DNA of 64,000 nt. Source: Nitrosopumilus sp. (GTDB lineage Archaea > Thermoproteota > Nitrososphaeria > Nitrososphaerales > Nitrosopumilaceae). Position numbers and translations under genes: made by a program. The stretch is from NCBI GenBank assembly GCA_965197525.1, contig OZ240211.1, positions 704,001 through 768,000 on the forward strand, given 5' to 3'. Numbering within the stretch: the first letter of the stretch is position 1; every line of letters begins with the position of its first letter. Positions 38,535-49,800 of the stretch are shown piece after piece. The notes under the pieces are model-generated. The model was given only the letters and a program-made list of their open reading frames with translations. It did no database searches and had not been told where the DNA came from.

Positions 38535-41531
38535 ATGACAATCAACTGGAGTGATATTGAGACCAAGTGGAGGAACCGATGGATTGCCGACAAGGATTTT
38601 GAAACAGATCCAAACGACAAGCCAAAAAAATTCATCACGGTGGCATATCCTTACCCAAACTCACCACAGCATATAGGGCATGGCAGAACATATACACTGA
38701 CTGATGTTCATGCAAGATTTTACAGAATGCAGGGCTATAATGTGTTGTTCCCAATGGCATTTCATTACACTGGAACCCCAATTCTAGGAATGGCAAAGAG
38801 AGTACAAGACAATGACACAGAACTAATCAACAACTTGAATAACCTGTACAAAGTTCCAAAAGATGTAATCAAAGAGTTTGTAGATCCAATAAAGATCGCA
38901 GACTATTTTCACAAAGAGATAAGAACAGGGATGATAGAGATGGGGTATTCCATTGATTGGAGACGAGAATTTACAACTGTAGATCCGGTGTACAGTAAAT
39001 TTATCAGATGGCAGATAAACACATTAAAAAACAAAGAGTTGATTATCCAGGGTTCGCATCCGGTTGGATGGTGTCCAAAGGATCAAAACCCAGTATCACA
39101 GCATGATACACAAGGTGACGTAGAACCAGAGTTTCTAGAGTATGTATTGATAAAATTTCAGATGGGAGAGTACATCATACCAACTGCAACTCTTAGACCT
39201 GAAACGATATTCGGGGTGGTGAATCTATGGATAAACCCTGACGTTACATACAAGAAGGTCCAAGTTGATGACAAAGAGTTATGGATTGTAAGCGAAGAGT
39301 GTGCCTACAAGCTAAAATTTCTGGATAAAAAGATAGAGTACCAAGGCGACATCAAAGGATCAGAGCTAGTAGGCAAACAAGTTACAATGCCAAACAGAGA
39401 TGACGGTGATGACAATAAACAGATAGTCATACTTGCAGCGACGTTTGTCCAGAGCGATACAGGTACAGGTATTGTGATGTCAGTGCCTGCGCACGCTCCA
39501 TTTGACTATCAGGCATTGGAGGATATCAAAAAGAGCATACTAAACAGTGATGGTAATGATGATGATGAATTGACAGCAAAAATCAATCAGATTGTACCAA
39601 TATCCATCATAGAGACTAAAGAATATGGCGAGAATCCGGCATTAGAGGCTATCACACGATTCGGAGTCACAGACCAATCAGACCCAAAACTAGAAGAGGC
39701 AACAAAAGAGGTGTATTCAAAAGAGTTCTACGAGGGAAAGCTAAAGGCAAATACAGGCAGGTTTGCAGGAATCAAAGTAAAATTCGCAAAGGATACGATC
39801 AAAGAATGGTTAGTCAAAGATGGGCATGCTGACATTTTATTAGAGCTGACGAACACTCCAAATGAAGTCAAGTGTAGGTGTGGTGCCAAATGTGTAGTAA
39901 AGATTCTGAACAATCAGTGGTTCTTAAACTATGGAGATAAGGAATGGAAAGATTTAGCGACGAGATGTTTTGATAAAATGAGCATACTGCCGCAAGAGAT
40001 CAGAGGGGAGTTCAACTATGTTGTCGGATGGTTGCGGGAGCGAGCATGTGCAAGACAGCACGGACTAGGTACAAAACTGCCATGGGATGAGGATTGGATA
40101 GTGGAGAGTCTGTCAGACTCTGTAATTTACATGGCATATTACATCATATCAAAATTTGTAAATGAGGGTACGATAACTGCAGAAAAACTAACAGATGAGT
40201 TTTTTGACTATGTATTTTTAGATAAAGAGACAGATGTAGATAAATTAGCAGATGCAACCGGATTGTCACATGGATTGATTGATGAGATACAAAGAGATTT
40301 CAGATATTTTTATCCTGTCGATTCAAGACACTCTGGACGGGACTTGGTACCAAACCACCTAACATTTTTTGTACTAAATCATACAGCAATATTTCCTGAG
40401 AGACATTGGCCAAAAGAGATAGTAGTTAACGGTTCAGTTCTCATGGACGGTTCTAAAATGTCAAAGAGCATGGGCAACATAATACCACTACGAAAGGCGA
40501 TACAAGATTATGGTGCAGACCCAATACGGCTAGGAATAATAATATCAGCAGAGTTACTGCAAGATGCAGATTTTAATCTAGAGTCAGTGGCAGGTATTCA
40601 AAGCAAGTTAGAATCACTGTACCACGAGTGCGCAAGACTGCATAGGAGGAGGAGGAGGAGGAGGAGGGAGGATAACGATGAGAAGGATGAGGATGAGGCT
40701 ATGATTACCATAACAGATACTAAATCACACAAAGAAGACGCATGGATACTATCAAAAACTCAGATGATGGTATCGCAGGTTACAAGTTCAATAGAGAAGA
40801 TGAGGCTGCGAGAGGCACTTCATGAGATACTGTTTGCCTTTGAGTCAGACCAGAGCTGGTATATCAAACGAGTAAGAGCAAAGAGCAGGGAAGAGGATGC
40901 AAGAAAAGTACTACACCATATAAACTCCATACGTATTGCCATGCTATCACCATTTGCTCCACATATTGCAGAAGAGATGTGGGAAGAGTTGGGACATAAA
41001 AACACGATGATATCAAGATCAAGATGGCCCAAATACTACAAAGATAGCACAGATGCGACATCGATTCAGTCTGAAGAGCTGTTAAAGGTAACAATCGACG
41101 ATATTGAGAATATTCTCAAAGTTGCCAAGATAACACCGCAAAAGATTACAGTGTATGCGGCAAACACATTCAAGTCCCAAGTTCATCACAGCGTCTTAGA
41201 GAAGATCGTAAAAGAAGGTCAAACGAACATGGGCATAATTATGAAAGAACTCATTGCAGATACGAAAACTGCCGATGTAAAAAAGATGCCGGACTTTGTG
41301 CAAAAGACGATAAAGAGTATCTTGTCAATACCAACGGAGATAAGACAGGCAAGGTTAGAATCAAAGGGGTTCGATGAGGAAGGATTTTTGAAGAGTGAAC
41401 TGATAGAATTGGCAAAAGAAGAATTTGGTGCAGAGATACAGGTGTATTCAGAATCAGATCCAGAGATTTATGATCCTAAAGACAAGGCAAGACATGCAAA
41501 ACCATTCAAACCTGCAATATACATTGAATGA
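38535..41531 (+). CDS. leuS: Leucine--tRNA ligase (archaeal type)
   Basis: YPYPNSPQHIGH (HIGH), KMSKS and editing domain TLRPET...GTG.V.SVPAHAPFDY. Confidence 0.97.
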   Translation: MTINWSDIETKWRNRWIADKDFETDPNDKPKKFITVAYPYPNSPQHIGHGRTYTLTDVHARFYRMQGYNVLFPMAFHYTGTPILGMAKRVQDNDTELINNLNNLYKVPKDVIKEFVDPIKIADYFHKEIRTGMIEMGYSIDWRREFTTVDPVYSKFIRWQINTLKNKELIIQGSHPVGWCPKDQNPVSQHDTQGDVEPEFLEYVLIKFQMGEYIIPTATLRPETIFGVVNLWINPDVTYKKVQVDDKELWIVSEECAYKLKFLDKKIEYQGDIKGSELVGKQVTMPNRDDGDDNKQIVILAATFVQSDTGTGIVMSVPAHAPFDYQALEDIKKSILNSDGNDDDELTAKINQIVPISIIETKEYGENPALEAITRFGVTDQSDPKLEEATKEVYSKEFYEGKLKANTGRFAGIKVKFAKDTIKEWLVKDGHADILLELTNTPNEVKCRCGAKCVVKILNNQWFLNYGDKEWKDLATRCFDKMSILPQEIRGEFNYVVGWLRERACARQHGLGTKLPWDEDWIVESLSDSVIYMAYYIISKFVNEGTITAEKLTDEFFDYVFLDKETDVDKLADATGLSHGLIDEIQRDFRYFYPVDSRHSGRDLVPNHLTFFVLNHTAIFPERHWPKEIVVNGSVLMDGSKMSKSMGNIIPLRKAIQDYGADPIRLGIIISAELLQDADFNLESVAGIQSKLESLYHECARLHRRRRRRRREDNDEKDEDEAMITITDTKSHKEDAWILSKTQMMVSQVTSSIEKMRLREALHEILFAFESDQSWYIKRVRAKSREEDARKVLHHINSIRIAMLSPFAPHIAEEMWEELGHKNTMISRSRWPKYYKDSTDATSIQSEELLKVTIDDIENILKVAKITPQKITVYAANTFKSQVHHSVLEKIVKEGQTNMGIIMKELIADTKTADVKKMPDFVQKTIKSILSIPTEIRQARLESKGFDEEGFLKSELIELAKEEFGAEIQVYSESDPEIYDPKDKARHAKPFKPAIYIE

Positions 41532-41648
41532 CAAAAGATGTAAAGCTTGTAATGTTCTAATTTAATATTATATTAATTTCAAAAAAAAAAAAAATATTAA
41601 AAAATAAAATAAAATAAGAAATATACATAAAATAATTACAAGATCATA

Positions 41649-42254
41649 TTAGAAATGATTCTCAAATACAACATCACTCAATGGCAGTTGCCCTCCTCTA
41701 GGTAATGCATCTTTGATTTTCTTTCCAACCACTACCATCATGGTGACCACATGATCATCAGGCAGACAGATAGCCTTACTGACAGCATCATAGTCAAATC
41801 CTTTCATGGGACATGTGTCATACCCCATAGATTTTGCTGCAAGCATGATGGTTTGTGCAGCCATGCCACAAGAACGCATTGCCTCATCTCGCTGTAGTTG
41901 GGATTTGCCAGCATATGACTTTCTTATGGATTCAACATAGGCATTTCGTGATGCTTCTGGTATTATGTTTGCCCAGTATCTTTGTGGCTCTTTGTCCCAA
42001 GAGTTCAAGTCAGCACACAAAACAATAACTAGTGAGGCATCAGATACTTGTGTTTGATTGTGGGAGAGTTCAGATAATCTGTCTTTGAGTGCACGGTCAG
42101 TAATGACTACAAATCTCCAGTTTTGTATATTGTACGATGTAGGAGAGAGTACTGCCAACTCTAAGAGATTAGTAATCTCTTGTTTTGTCATACTGTGTTC
42201 TTTATCAAAACGTTTGATAGAACGCCGTGTCCTTATAGCTTCAAGAGTATCCAT
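41649..42254 (-). CDS. Nitroreductase-family flavoprotein
   Basis: RRSIKRFD, SPTSYNIQNWRFVV and LAAKSMGYDTCPM.GFD motifs. Confidence 0.92.
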   Translation of the reverse strand: MDTLEAIRTRRSIKRFDKEHSMTKQEITNLLELAVLSPTSYNIQNWRFVVITDRALKDRLSELSHNQTQVSDASLVIVLCADLNSWDKEPQRYWANIIPEASRNAYVESIRKSYAGKSQLQRDEAMRSCGMAAQTIMLAAKSMGYDTCPMKGFDYDAVSKAICLPDDHVVTMMVVVGKKIKDALPRGGQLPLSDVVFENHF

Positions 42255-42269
42255 GCTAGAGTAAAAACA

Positions 42270-42400
42270 TAGTCAAATTTAATTCATAAAGGCAGACGAG
42301 CTTAAGACCAGCTCCGTAGAGGATGCTGATGAGAGCTCTTCGCTTAAGACCAGTGCACGGCGCAGTGCTACTGATGACAGCGATTATCATCATATCTGAA
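42270..42400 (-). pseudogene. Possible tyrosine-recombinase fragment next to the IS6 insertion
   Basis: LKRRALISILYGAGLK resembles the integrase box I motif RD.AL..LLY.TGLR; the stretch is richer in GC than its surroundings. Confidence 0.35.
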
Positions 42401-42585
42401 ACTAGTATCGACAGATACGAGACTACCTTTACAATATAATTATGCAATACTGATATTTAACTAACACTATTGTGGGTTCTGTGTAATCTTCGTGATATGG
42501 AATAGAGTTGTTGGGACATGAAATTATGATTCTGTTCTGCAAAGTTATGACCTAATTAGAGAAGATCTACCCTTACATCTAAATC

Positions 42586-42768
42586 TTAACGTACCCTTTC
42601 TTTGTTCCAATACGGAGACTTGCATTTCTTGTTGTTGCAGTTTTTAGGGGATTCATTCCTACTGTACCAAATCTCATTACACCTGTTGCACTCGTGTCGC
42701 CAATATGCACCATCAACTTTCATGCTCATACACTCTATACCAATTAGTAGTATATAATTTATTCCCAT
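42586..42768 (-). CDS. Small zinc-finger passenger protein
   Basis: HECNRCNEIW...PKNCNNKKCKSPYWN; divergent from the transposase. Confidence 0.6.
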   Translation of the reverse strand: MGINYILLIGIECMSMKVDGAYWRHECNRCNEIWYSRNESPKNCNNKKCKSPYWNKERVR

Positions 42769-42962
42769 ATCTACTTAAAACCCATACTAATATATATGGG
42801 TAATAGGTATAGTATAAATCAAGTAAAAGTGATTGGCGATGATGAAGCCGTGACAATCATATCTGAGGAAAGCAGAGATGATGTTAAATTACCTACAAGG
42901 TATCTGAGCCAATCACTTTCTTTCCTACTTGGTTCTATATTAATTTTCGAGGGGTCTTACAC

Positions 42963-44099
42963 ATGAACGCAAGAGCACAAAGAGCAAGACAGATTATGGA
43001 GATGGATAACCACGCATCCCAAATCGTAGGCGAGAACAAATACAAGGTTAGATCACAAACCATCCCAGACAAGTATTACATCATAACCAAAACTGATGAT
43101 GGATTGGTATGTGATTGTCCAGACCACATCAAAAGACAATCTGACTGCAAACATATCAAAGTGGTATTAGAATATTGCAAGAAGAATGTCTTTGACCATG
43201 ACGGATTTAGAATCATGGAAAGGGCACAGCTCAAATTATGCAAGTACTGCGATTCTGGTAATGTTGTAAAGAGAGGGATTAGAAAAACCAAGAAAGGACA
43301 AAATCAATTATTCAAATGCACAGATTGCAAAAGAACATTTACAGCCAACTTTGGGTTTGAGAAGAAACAGTTTGACGAGAATGTTATAACTGGAGCTTTG
43401 CAGATGTACTACTCGGGAATGTCGGTAAGGGATATTTCAAATCATTATGAGATGATGGGAACTGAGGTTAGTTTCAAGACTATCTACAACTGGATTGATA
43501 GATATTCCAAGATGGCATCTAACTATCTAAACGAAATAACTCCACGTGTAGGGGACTGGCTCAGGGCTGACGAGGTATGGGTAAAGATTGCAGGAAATCA
43601 AAATTATGTTTTTTTAAGTATGGATGATGATACAAGGTATTGGTTAGCTAGTGATATAGCAGACAACAAGTTCCAACACAACGCAGACAATTTACTACAC
43701 CTAACCAAAACACAAGCTGGCAAAACCCCCAAGCACTTCATTACAGACAAGTTACCAGCTTATATGAAATCATCCAAAAAGATATTTGGCAAAAAGACAC
43801 ACCACACTGCAAATGCAGGAATCAGAAGCAAGAGAACGGGTCAGAATTTCCACCCCTCAAATAACAAGATGGAACGCCTGAATGGCGAGATCAGGGATCG
43901 TGAGAAAGTGTTCAGAGGACTCAAAAAGATGGATACTCCTGTATTGGATGGTATGCGTGTATACTACAACTACACAGAGAAACACGGTGCACTCGAAGGA
44001 CAAACTCCAGCAGAATCAGCCAAGATTACAGTAGATGGTAAAAACAAGTGGAAGACTATCATACAGAATGCGAGTTTGTATAAGAATAATTCAGTCTGA
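42963..44099 (+). CDS. IS6-family DDE transposase with N-terminal SWIM finger and Zn ribbon
   Basis: CDCPDH...CKH (SWIM), CKYC...CTDC, and LRADEVWVK, FITDKLPAY, NNKMERLNG (D-D-E). Confidence 0.92.
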   Translation: MNARAQRARQIMEMDNHASQIVGENKYKVRSQTIPDKYYIITKTDDGLVCDCPDHIKRQSDCKHIKVVLEYCKKNVFDHDGFRIMERAQLKLCKYCDSGNVVKRGIRKTKKGQNQLFKCTDCKRTFTANFGFEKKQFDENVITGALQMYYSGMSVRDISNHYEMMGTEVSFKTIYNWIDRYSKMASNYLNEITPRVGDWLRADEVWVKIAGNQNYVFLSMDDDTRYWLASDIADNKFQHNADNLLHLTKTQAGKTPKHFITDKLPAYMKSSKKIFGKKTHHTANAGIRSKRTGQNFHPSNNKMERLNGEIRDREKVFRGLKKMDTPVLDGMRVYYNYTEKHGALEGQTPAESAKITVDGKNKWKTIIQNASLYKNNSV

Positions 44100-44345
44100 T
44101 TATTTTTGGTTTTGAATGTCTTTTTTGATTTCTGTCATATCATCTTGCAGTTTGTTGAGTTTTTGACAGTTAATTTGAGTTTGTTCTTTCAGTGCTTTAA
44201 TATCCTTCTTGACATCAGTTCTTAATCCTTTAATATCCTTCTTGACATCAGTTCTTAGTTTTTTAAACTCATCATGAAGGCTGTCCTGTTTTTTGTCAGA
44301 TTTCTTAATTGCACGTAATACATCAACTATGGTTTTATCAGTCAT
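44100..44345 (-). CDS. Small coiled-coil passenger protein with an 11-aa tandem repeat
   Basis: LRTDVKKDIKG/LRTDVKKDIKA; convergent with the transposase, stop codons abut. Confidence 0.55.
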   Translation of the reverse strand: MTDKTIVDVLRAIKKSDKKQDSLHDEFKKLRTDVKKDIKGLRTDVKKDIKALKEQTQINCQKLNKLQDDMTEIKKDIQNQK

Positions 44346-44565
44346 ATCAACATGATATTGTATATCAGATATTAAACCTATCTTTAGTCTAATGATTCAG
44401 CCTACGACTTTATTCATTCCATATCACGAAGATTACACAGAACCCTATTGTGTTGCTCTGTCAGATAACCCTGACTAAAATTTCCTAAAACCGCGGTTGT
44501 GTAAACAAAATTTGAATTACAGAACATGAAATGGGGTGGCTGCTTATGATCGTAGTGTGCTTGAA

Positions 44566-45771
44566 TCAAACGTTGATGGTTTCTTCGATTTCTTCTGCCA
44601 TGAAAACTTTGCTTTTGTAGCGTATATCAGTCTGTTTTAATATGCCTGTCTCTACCAGCATCATGACTGCATTTTTTGCAGACGGATATGTGACGTTAAG
44701 AAACTGCATTGCTCTGGGAATTGTAATGTACGGATTCGAGAATAAATGCTCCATCAGAAGAACCACGTTACTACTGGTGTTTTTTTTACGCAGGATCTCT
44801 TTGTACGTTCTCATAAGAGTTACCAAGGTCTGGATGTTGTCTATTGTCTCACTTGCTTGCTCTATGAAAGCCCTCAAGAAAAATTTTATCCAATCTTTCC
44901 ATCTGGACTTCTGGCTTACCTCTAGCAGACCGCCATAATACTGCTCACGATGTCTGTCAAAATAAGCACTCATGTATAACAATGGTTCTGGTAAAATTCC
45001 TTTCTCATACAGTACTAGTGGAAGCATCAGTCTTCCGATTCTCCCGTTCCCATCAAGGAACGGATGTATAGCCTCAAACTGGTAATGCATTATGGCGCAC
45101 TGGATCAGAACTGGCAGGTTTTCATAGTCAGCTTGAAAGAATTTTTCAAGATTTTCAAGTAGTACGGAAACTCTTTCCGGTGGTGGGGGGGTATAAATGA
45201 TTTCCCGCTTTGTTCCCTGTGTTTTTATGATCCAGTTCTGTTGGTCGCGAAATTCTCCAGGATTTTTATCGTAACCCCTGACTCCTTCCATCAGTTTCTT
45301 ATGAGCCTCTTTTAGAATATCCAAGCCCACACGCTGTTTGGAATTCCGTAATGCGTCCAATGATTTTTCTAGGGCGTTGACGTAGTTGATTACTTCTCTC
45401 AATCTCAGACTCTCTACATCCTTTCTGCCAATGTTGCCTACAGCTTCCTGCTTGTTCAAATCTTCCAGCGATGCCAGTGTTCCTTCGATTTTGGAACTCA
45501 GTACGGCTTCTTTTTTTAGATATGCCCTGATCAGAATATGCGGATTTTCCAGCTCGCTTCCCTTTCCCTTCAATTCTCCTACCTTTCTCTCTGCCTTTGC
45601 AAGTAGCATGACAGCCTCTTGGTCATAGGTAACTTTTGGCGGTAAATCACGAGGAATAAACGTAAGTTGATTATTCTTGTCGGTCTCGATTTTTCCATTG
45701 GGCTTGGTAAACCTGTCTAAATTATTCCAAGACGGTTCACTATGCCCATCTTTAATAGTTCTAGTTGACAT
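44566..45771 (-). CDS. Fic-family protein (N-terminal Fic_N, Fic domain, C-terminal HTH)
   Basis: HPFLDGNGRIGR motif and EAVLSSKIEGT. Confidence 0.93.
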   Translation of the reverse strand: MSTRTIKDGHSEPSWNNLDRFTKPNGKIETDKNNQLTFIPRDLPPKVTYDQEAVMLLAKAERKVGELKGKGSELENPHILIRAYLKKEAVLSSKIEGTLASLEDLNKQEAVGNIGRKDVESLRLREVINYVNALEKSLDALRNSKQRVGLDILKEAHKKLMEGVRGYDKNPGEFRDQQNWIIKTQGTKREIIYTPPPPERVSVLLENLEKFFQADYENLPVLIQCAIMHYQFEAIHPFLDGNGRIGRLMLPLVLYEKGILPEPLLYMSAYFDRHREQYYGGLLEVSQKSRWKDWIKFFLRAFIEQASETIDNIQTLVTLMRTYKEILRKKNTSSNVVLLMEHLFSNPYITIPRAMQFLNVTYPSAKNAVMMLVETGILKQTDIRYKSKVFMAEEIEETINV

Positions 45772-46180
45772 TAAAGAAAATCACCAATTACTTTAATTGA
45801 AGTAGTAATAATATTTAAATTTTGTTAACATTTTTCATTAATGTAACAAAATAGTAAGGATCAATGTTATGAAGTACTGGTACTACTCTGTCAGATAACT
45901 TTCACTCCCATGATCCCAACAATGGTAGCGGAGGTGGCAGTTTTGATTTCCATGTTCTGTATTGACCACCATATACAGTCAAATATGTTACCCCCATCAG
46001 TTCTGTCTGGTTATCAAGGGATCAGATTTGTTTAGAAGTGGAACTTTAGATTTGACTTGATTGTGTGGCATTTTTAGGCTCCACACGTATGTCAAGAAGT
46101 GAGCAGGTTGAACTTGTAGAATATTTGAAAGCAAACTGCAGTTACGACTGTATTGAAGACATGAATGACCAAAAATCAGT

Positions 46181-46567
46181 TTGGGAATAATCATACCAAA
46201 AATAATCGATAAAAAATTTGAAGAGAGAAAAAATGTAGATACCACTGTTCAGTCCACGCTAGTTAGTGACAAGTTGTTTATGACTATACGAAATTACGGA
46301 GTGCACCAAGTTGTATCGTATAGCTGTCCAAAATGTCGAACAAAAAAACAACACCACAAACAAGGAATTTTGGAGTGGGGTGTGTATGAGTGGCTACGTA
46401 AGAATTATGACAACAAAGAACAGATGTGGAAGAATCTTCACATCGATGAATCAGGGTATGATCAATCGTTTCTTGTTGGTAACATGAATCTTCATAGGAG
46501 CAAGTTTATGATTATTAGTGTGTTTAGGTACAAACTTGGTATGCGCTCAGGTCTGGTGTCTGCGTAG
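46181..46567 (+). pseudogene. Degraded ORF, possibly an IS5-like transposase remnant
   Basis: WGVYEWL...YD...WKNLHIDE is weakly similar, from memory, to the IS5/IS427 region before the first catalytic Asp. Confidence 0.3.
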
Positions 46568-46823
46568 GCACAAAAAAATGTAGCATCCTGTAAAATCATG
46601 CCTAGAAACGAATGAGGCCTGAGTGTATACTACGAACTCTGTTTATATTGTACAAAAAGTAGTTTGTTCCCCATCTAAAAGTGCAAAGATACTAAGAAGT
46701 AAAGTAAACGTCTCGCTTAGTGGAAATGCAAGTGTATGGGTTTGATCAAGATATTCCAAGCAATGGCATCATGTTTTGAATGTTCTCATTATTTGACATG
46801 TAAAGTTATCTGGCAGGATGTAA

Positions 46824-49800
46824 TTATGGCGTAATGGCAGTAACAGTATAGGATTGATCATCTCCTGTGGTAGGAGTAAGACTAGATAGCGAGTTGGAGG
46901 CAGAGTCCACAATGTTGTTGTCTGAGGAGACGTCCAAGTTGTATGTGCCCGCCTCTGGTGCTGAAACGGTAACTAGGTATTGGCTGCCAGACCCGGTTAC
47001 GGATGTGATGGGGCCAGAGCTAGCACCGTCACCGAGTGTAAGAGTCCAAGAGTTGAGGATGCCAGAGTCTAGATAATAGTTGTCATTCATGCGTAGTTGC
47101 CAGTCGCCGTTAATTGAGACGTCATCACCGTATTCAAGCGTGTATGTTTCTGTGATGTCGTCTGCAGAGCCACCGACACGGTTGTGCAGTGTTACTATCT
47201 GGTTGTCAGGCGAGACGAGTTGTACCAAGAGATCGCCCCTCCATGTATGGGTGATGTCTACTGTAACTGATACATCAGAGACTGTGCCTGATGCAGTAAC
47301 GGTAATGGTGTCTGTCTTGTCTGTGTCGTGGGGTACGATATCAAGGGATGGCGTACTGGTGTACACAAATGCTTGAGTGGTATTATACACAGGACTGTCA
47401 GGGGATAACTCAAAGTCATCTGTGCTGACGCCTGTTACTGCCTCATTGAATAGTACTGCAAATTCAAGGGTGTTGCTATTGGTAGAGGGGGTTGCAGGGC
47501 TGGATCTAGTAATAGAGGTAACAGTTGGTGGCGTGTCTATGACGTTGACTGTTCTAGTTACCGGTACGGCGGGGTTTCCGGCACTGTCGTCACATGTAAA
47601 GGTTACAGTATATGTTCCAGCTATGTCGGTGTTTACCAGATTGCTAATCTGGATTTGAGATGTGATATCGCCGTCGACTGCATCAGTACATGTTGCGCCT
47701 GCATCAACGTATGGAGTGCCAAGAACTGTATCTGCAGGGGATTGGCCTACCAGTTGAATTGTTGGCGGAGTTCTGTCAATTGAAGAGGTGACAGTATAGG
47801 ATTGATCATCTCCTGTGGTAGGAGTAAGACTAGATAGCGAGTTGGAGGCAGAGTCCACAATGTTGTTGTCTGAGGAGACGTCCAAGTTGTATGTGCCCGC
47901 CTCTGGTGCTGAAACGGTAACTAGGTATTGGCTGCCAGACCCGGTTACGGATGTGATGGGGCCAGAGCTAGCACCGTCACCGAGTGTAAGAGTCCAAGAG
48001 TTGAGGATGCCAGAGTCTAGATAATAGTTGTCATTCATGCGTAGTTGCCAGTCGCCGTTAATTGAGACGTCATCACCGTATTCAAGCGTGTATGTTTCTG
48101 TGATGTCGTCTGCAGAGCCACCGACACGGTTGTGCAGTGTTACTATCTGGTTGTCAGGCGAGACGAGTTGTACCAAGAGATCGCCCCTCCATGTATGGGT
48201 GATGTCTACTGTAACTGATACATCAGAGACTGTGCCTGATGCAGTAACGGTAATGGTGTCTGTCTTGTCTGTGTCGTGGGGTACGATATCAAGGGATGGC
48301 GTACTGGTGTACACAAATGCTTGAGTGGTATTATACACAGGACTGTCAGGGGATAACTCAAAGTCATCTGTGCTGACGCCTGTTACTGCCTCATTGAATA
48401 GTACTGCAAATTCAAGGGTGTTGCTATTGGTAGAGGGGGTTGCAGGGCTGGATCTAGTAATAGAGGTAACAGTTGGTGGCGTGTCTATGACGTTGACTGT
48501 TCTAGTTACCGGTACGGCGGGGTTTCCGGCACTGTCGTCACATGTAAAGGTTACAGTATATGTTCCAGCTATGTCGGTGTTTACCAGATTGCTAATCTGG
48601 ATTTGAGATGTGATATCGCCGTCGACTGCATCAGTACATGTTGCGCCTGCATCAACGTATGGAGTGCCAAGAACTGTATCTGCAGGGGATTGGCCTACCA
48701 GTTGAATTGTTGGCGGAGTTCTGTCAATTGAAGAGGTGACAGTATAGGATTGATCATCTCCTGTGGTAGGAGTAAGACTAGATAGCGAGTTGGAGGCAGA
48801 GTCCACAATGTTGTTGTCTGAGGAGACGTCCAAGTTGTATGTGCCCGCCTCTGGTGCTGAAACGGTAACTAGGTATTGGCTGCCAGACCCGGTTACGGAT
48901 GTGATGGGGCCAGAGCTAGCACCGTCACCGAGTGTAAGAGTCCAAGAGTTGAGGATGCCAGAGTCTAGATAATAGTTGTCATTCATGCGTAGTTGCCAGT
49001 CGCCGTTAATTGAGACGTCATCACCGTATTCAAGCGTGTATGTTTCTGTGATGTCGTCTGCAGAGCCACCGACACGGTTGTGCAGTGTTACTATCTGGTT
49101 GTCAGGCGAGACGAGTTGTACCAAGAGATCGCCCCTCCATGTATGGGTGATGTCTACTGTAACTGATACATCAGAGACTGTGCCTGATTCAGAGACTGTG
49201 ATGGTGTCTGTCTTGTCTGTGTCGTGGGGTACGATATCAAGGGATGGCGTACTGGTGTACACAAATGCTTGAGTGGTATTATACACAGGACTGTCAGGGG
49301 ATAACTCAAAGTCATCTGTGCTGACGCCTGTTACTGCCTCATTGAATAGTACTGCAAATTCAAGGGTGTTGCTATTGGTAGAGGGGGTTGCAGGGCTGGA
49401 TCTAGTAATAGAGGTAACAGTTGGTGGCGTGTCTATGACGTTGACTGTTCTAGTTACCGGTACGGCGGGGTTTCCGGCACTGTCGTCACATGTAAAGGTT
49501 ACAGTATATGTTCCAGCTATGTCGGTGTTTACCAGATTGCTAATCTGGATTTGAGATGTGATATCGCCGTCGACTGCATCAGTACATGTTGCGCCTGCAT
49601 CAACGTATGGAGTGCCAAGAACTGTATCTGCAGGGGATTGGCCTACCAGTTGAATTGTTGGCGGAGTTCTGTCAATTGAAGAGGTGACAGTATAGGATTG
49701 ATCATCTCCTGTGGTAGGAGTAAGACTAGATAGCGAGTTGGAGGCAGAGTCCACAATGTTGTTGTCTGAGGAGACGTCCAAGTTGTATGTGCCCGCCTCT

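Larger units (their letters stand above)
42475..44444 (+). mobile_element. Autonomous IS6-family transposon with two passenger ORFs; 1970 bp
   Basis: Perfect 29-bp TIRs ggttctgtgtaatcttcgtgatatggaat (42475-42503 and 44416-44444); 8-bp TSD ctattgtg (42467-42474 and 44445-44452). Confidence 0.95.

Noticed and set aside
42320-42405. Hammerhead ribozyme or C/D-box sRNA (two ctgatga motifs, terminal ctga/gaaac)
   Set aside because: Stem II does not close properly and box spacing is wrong; the opposite strand reads better as an integrase box I fragment.
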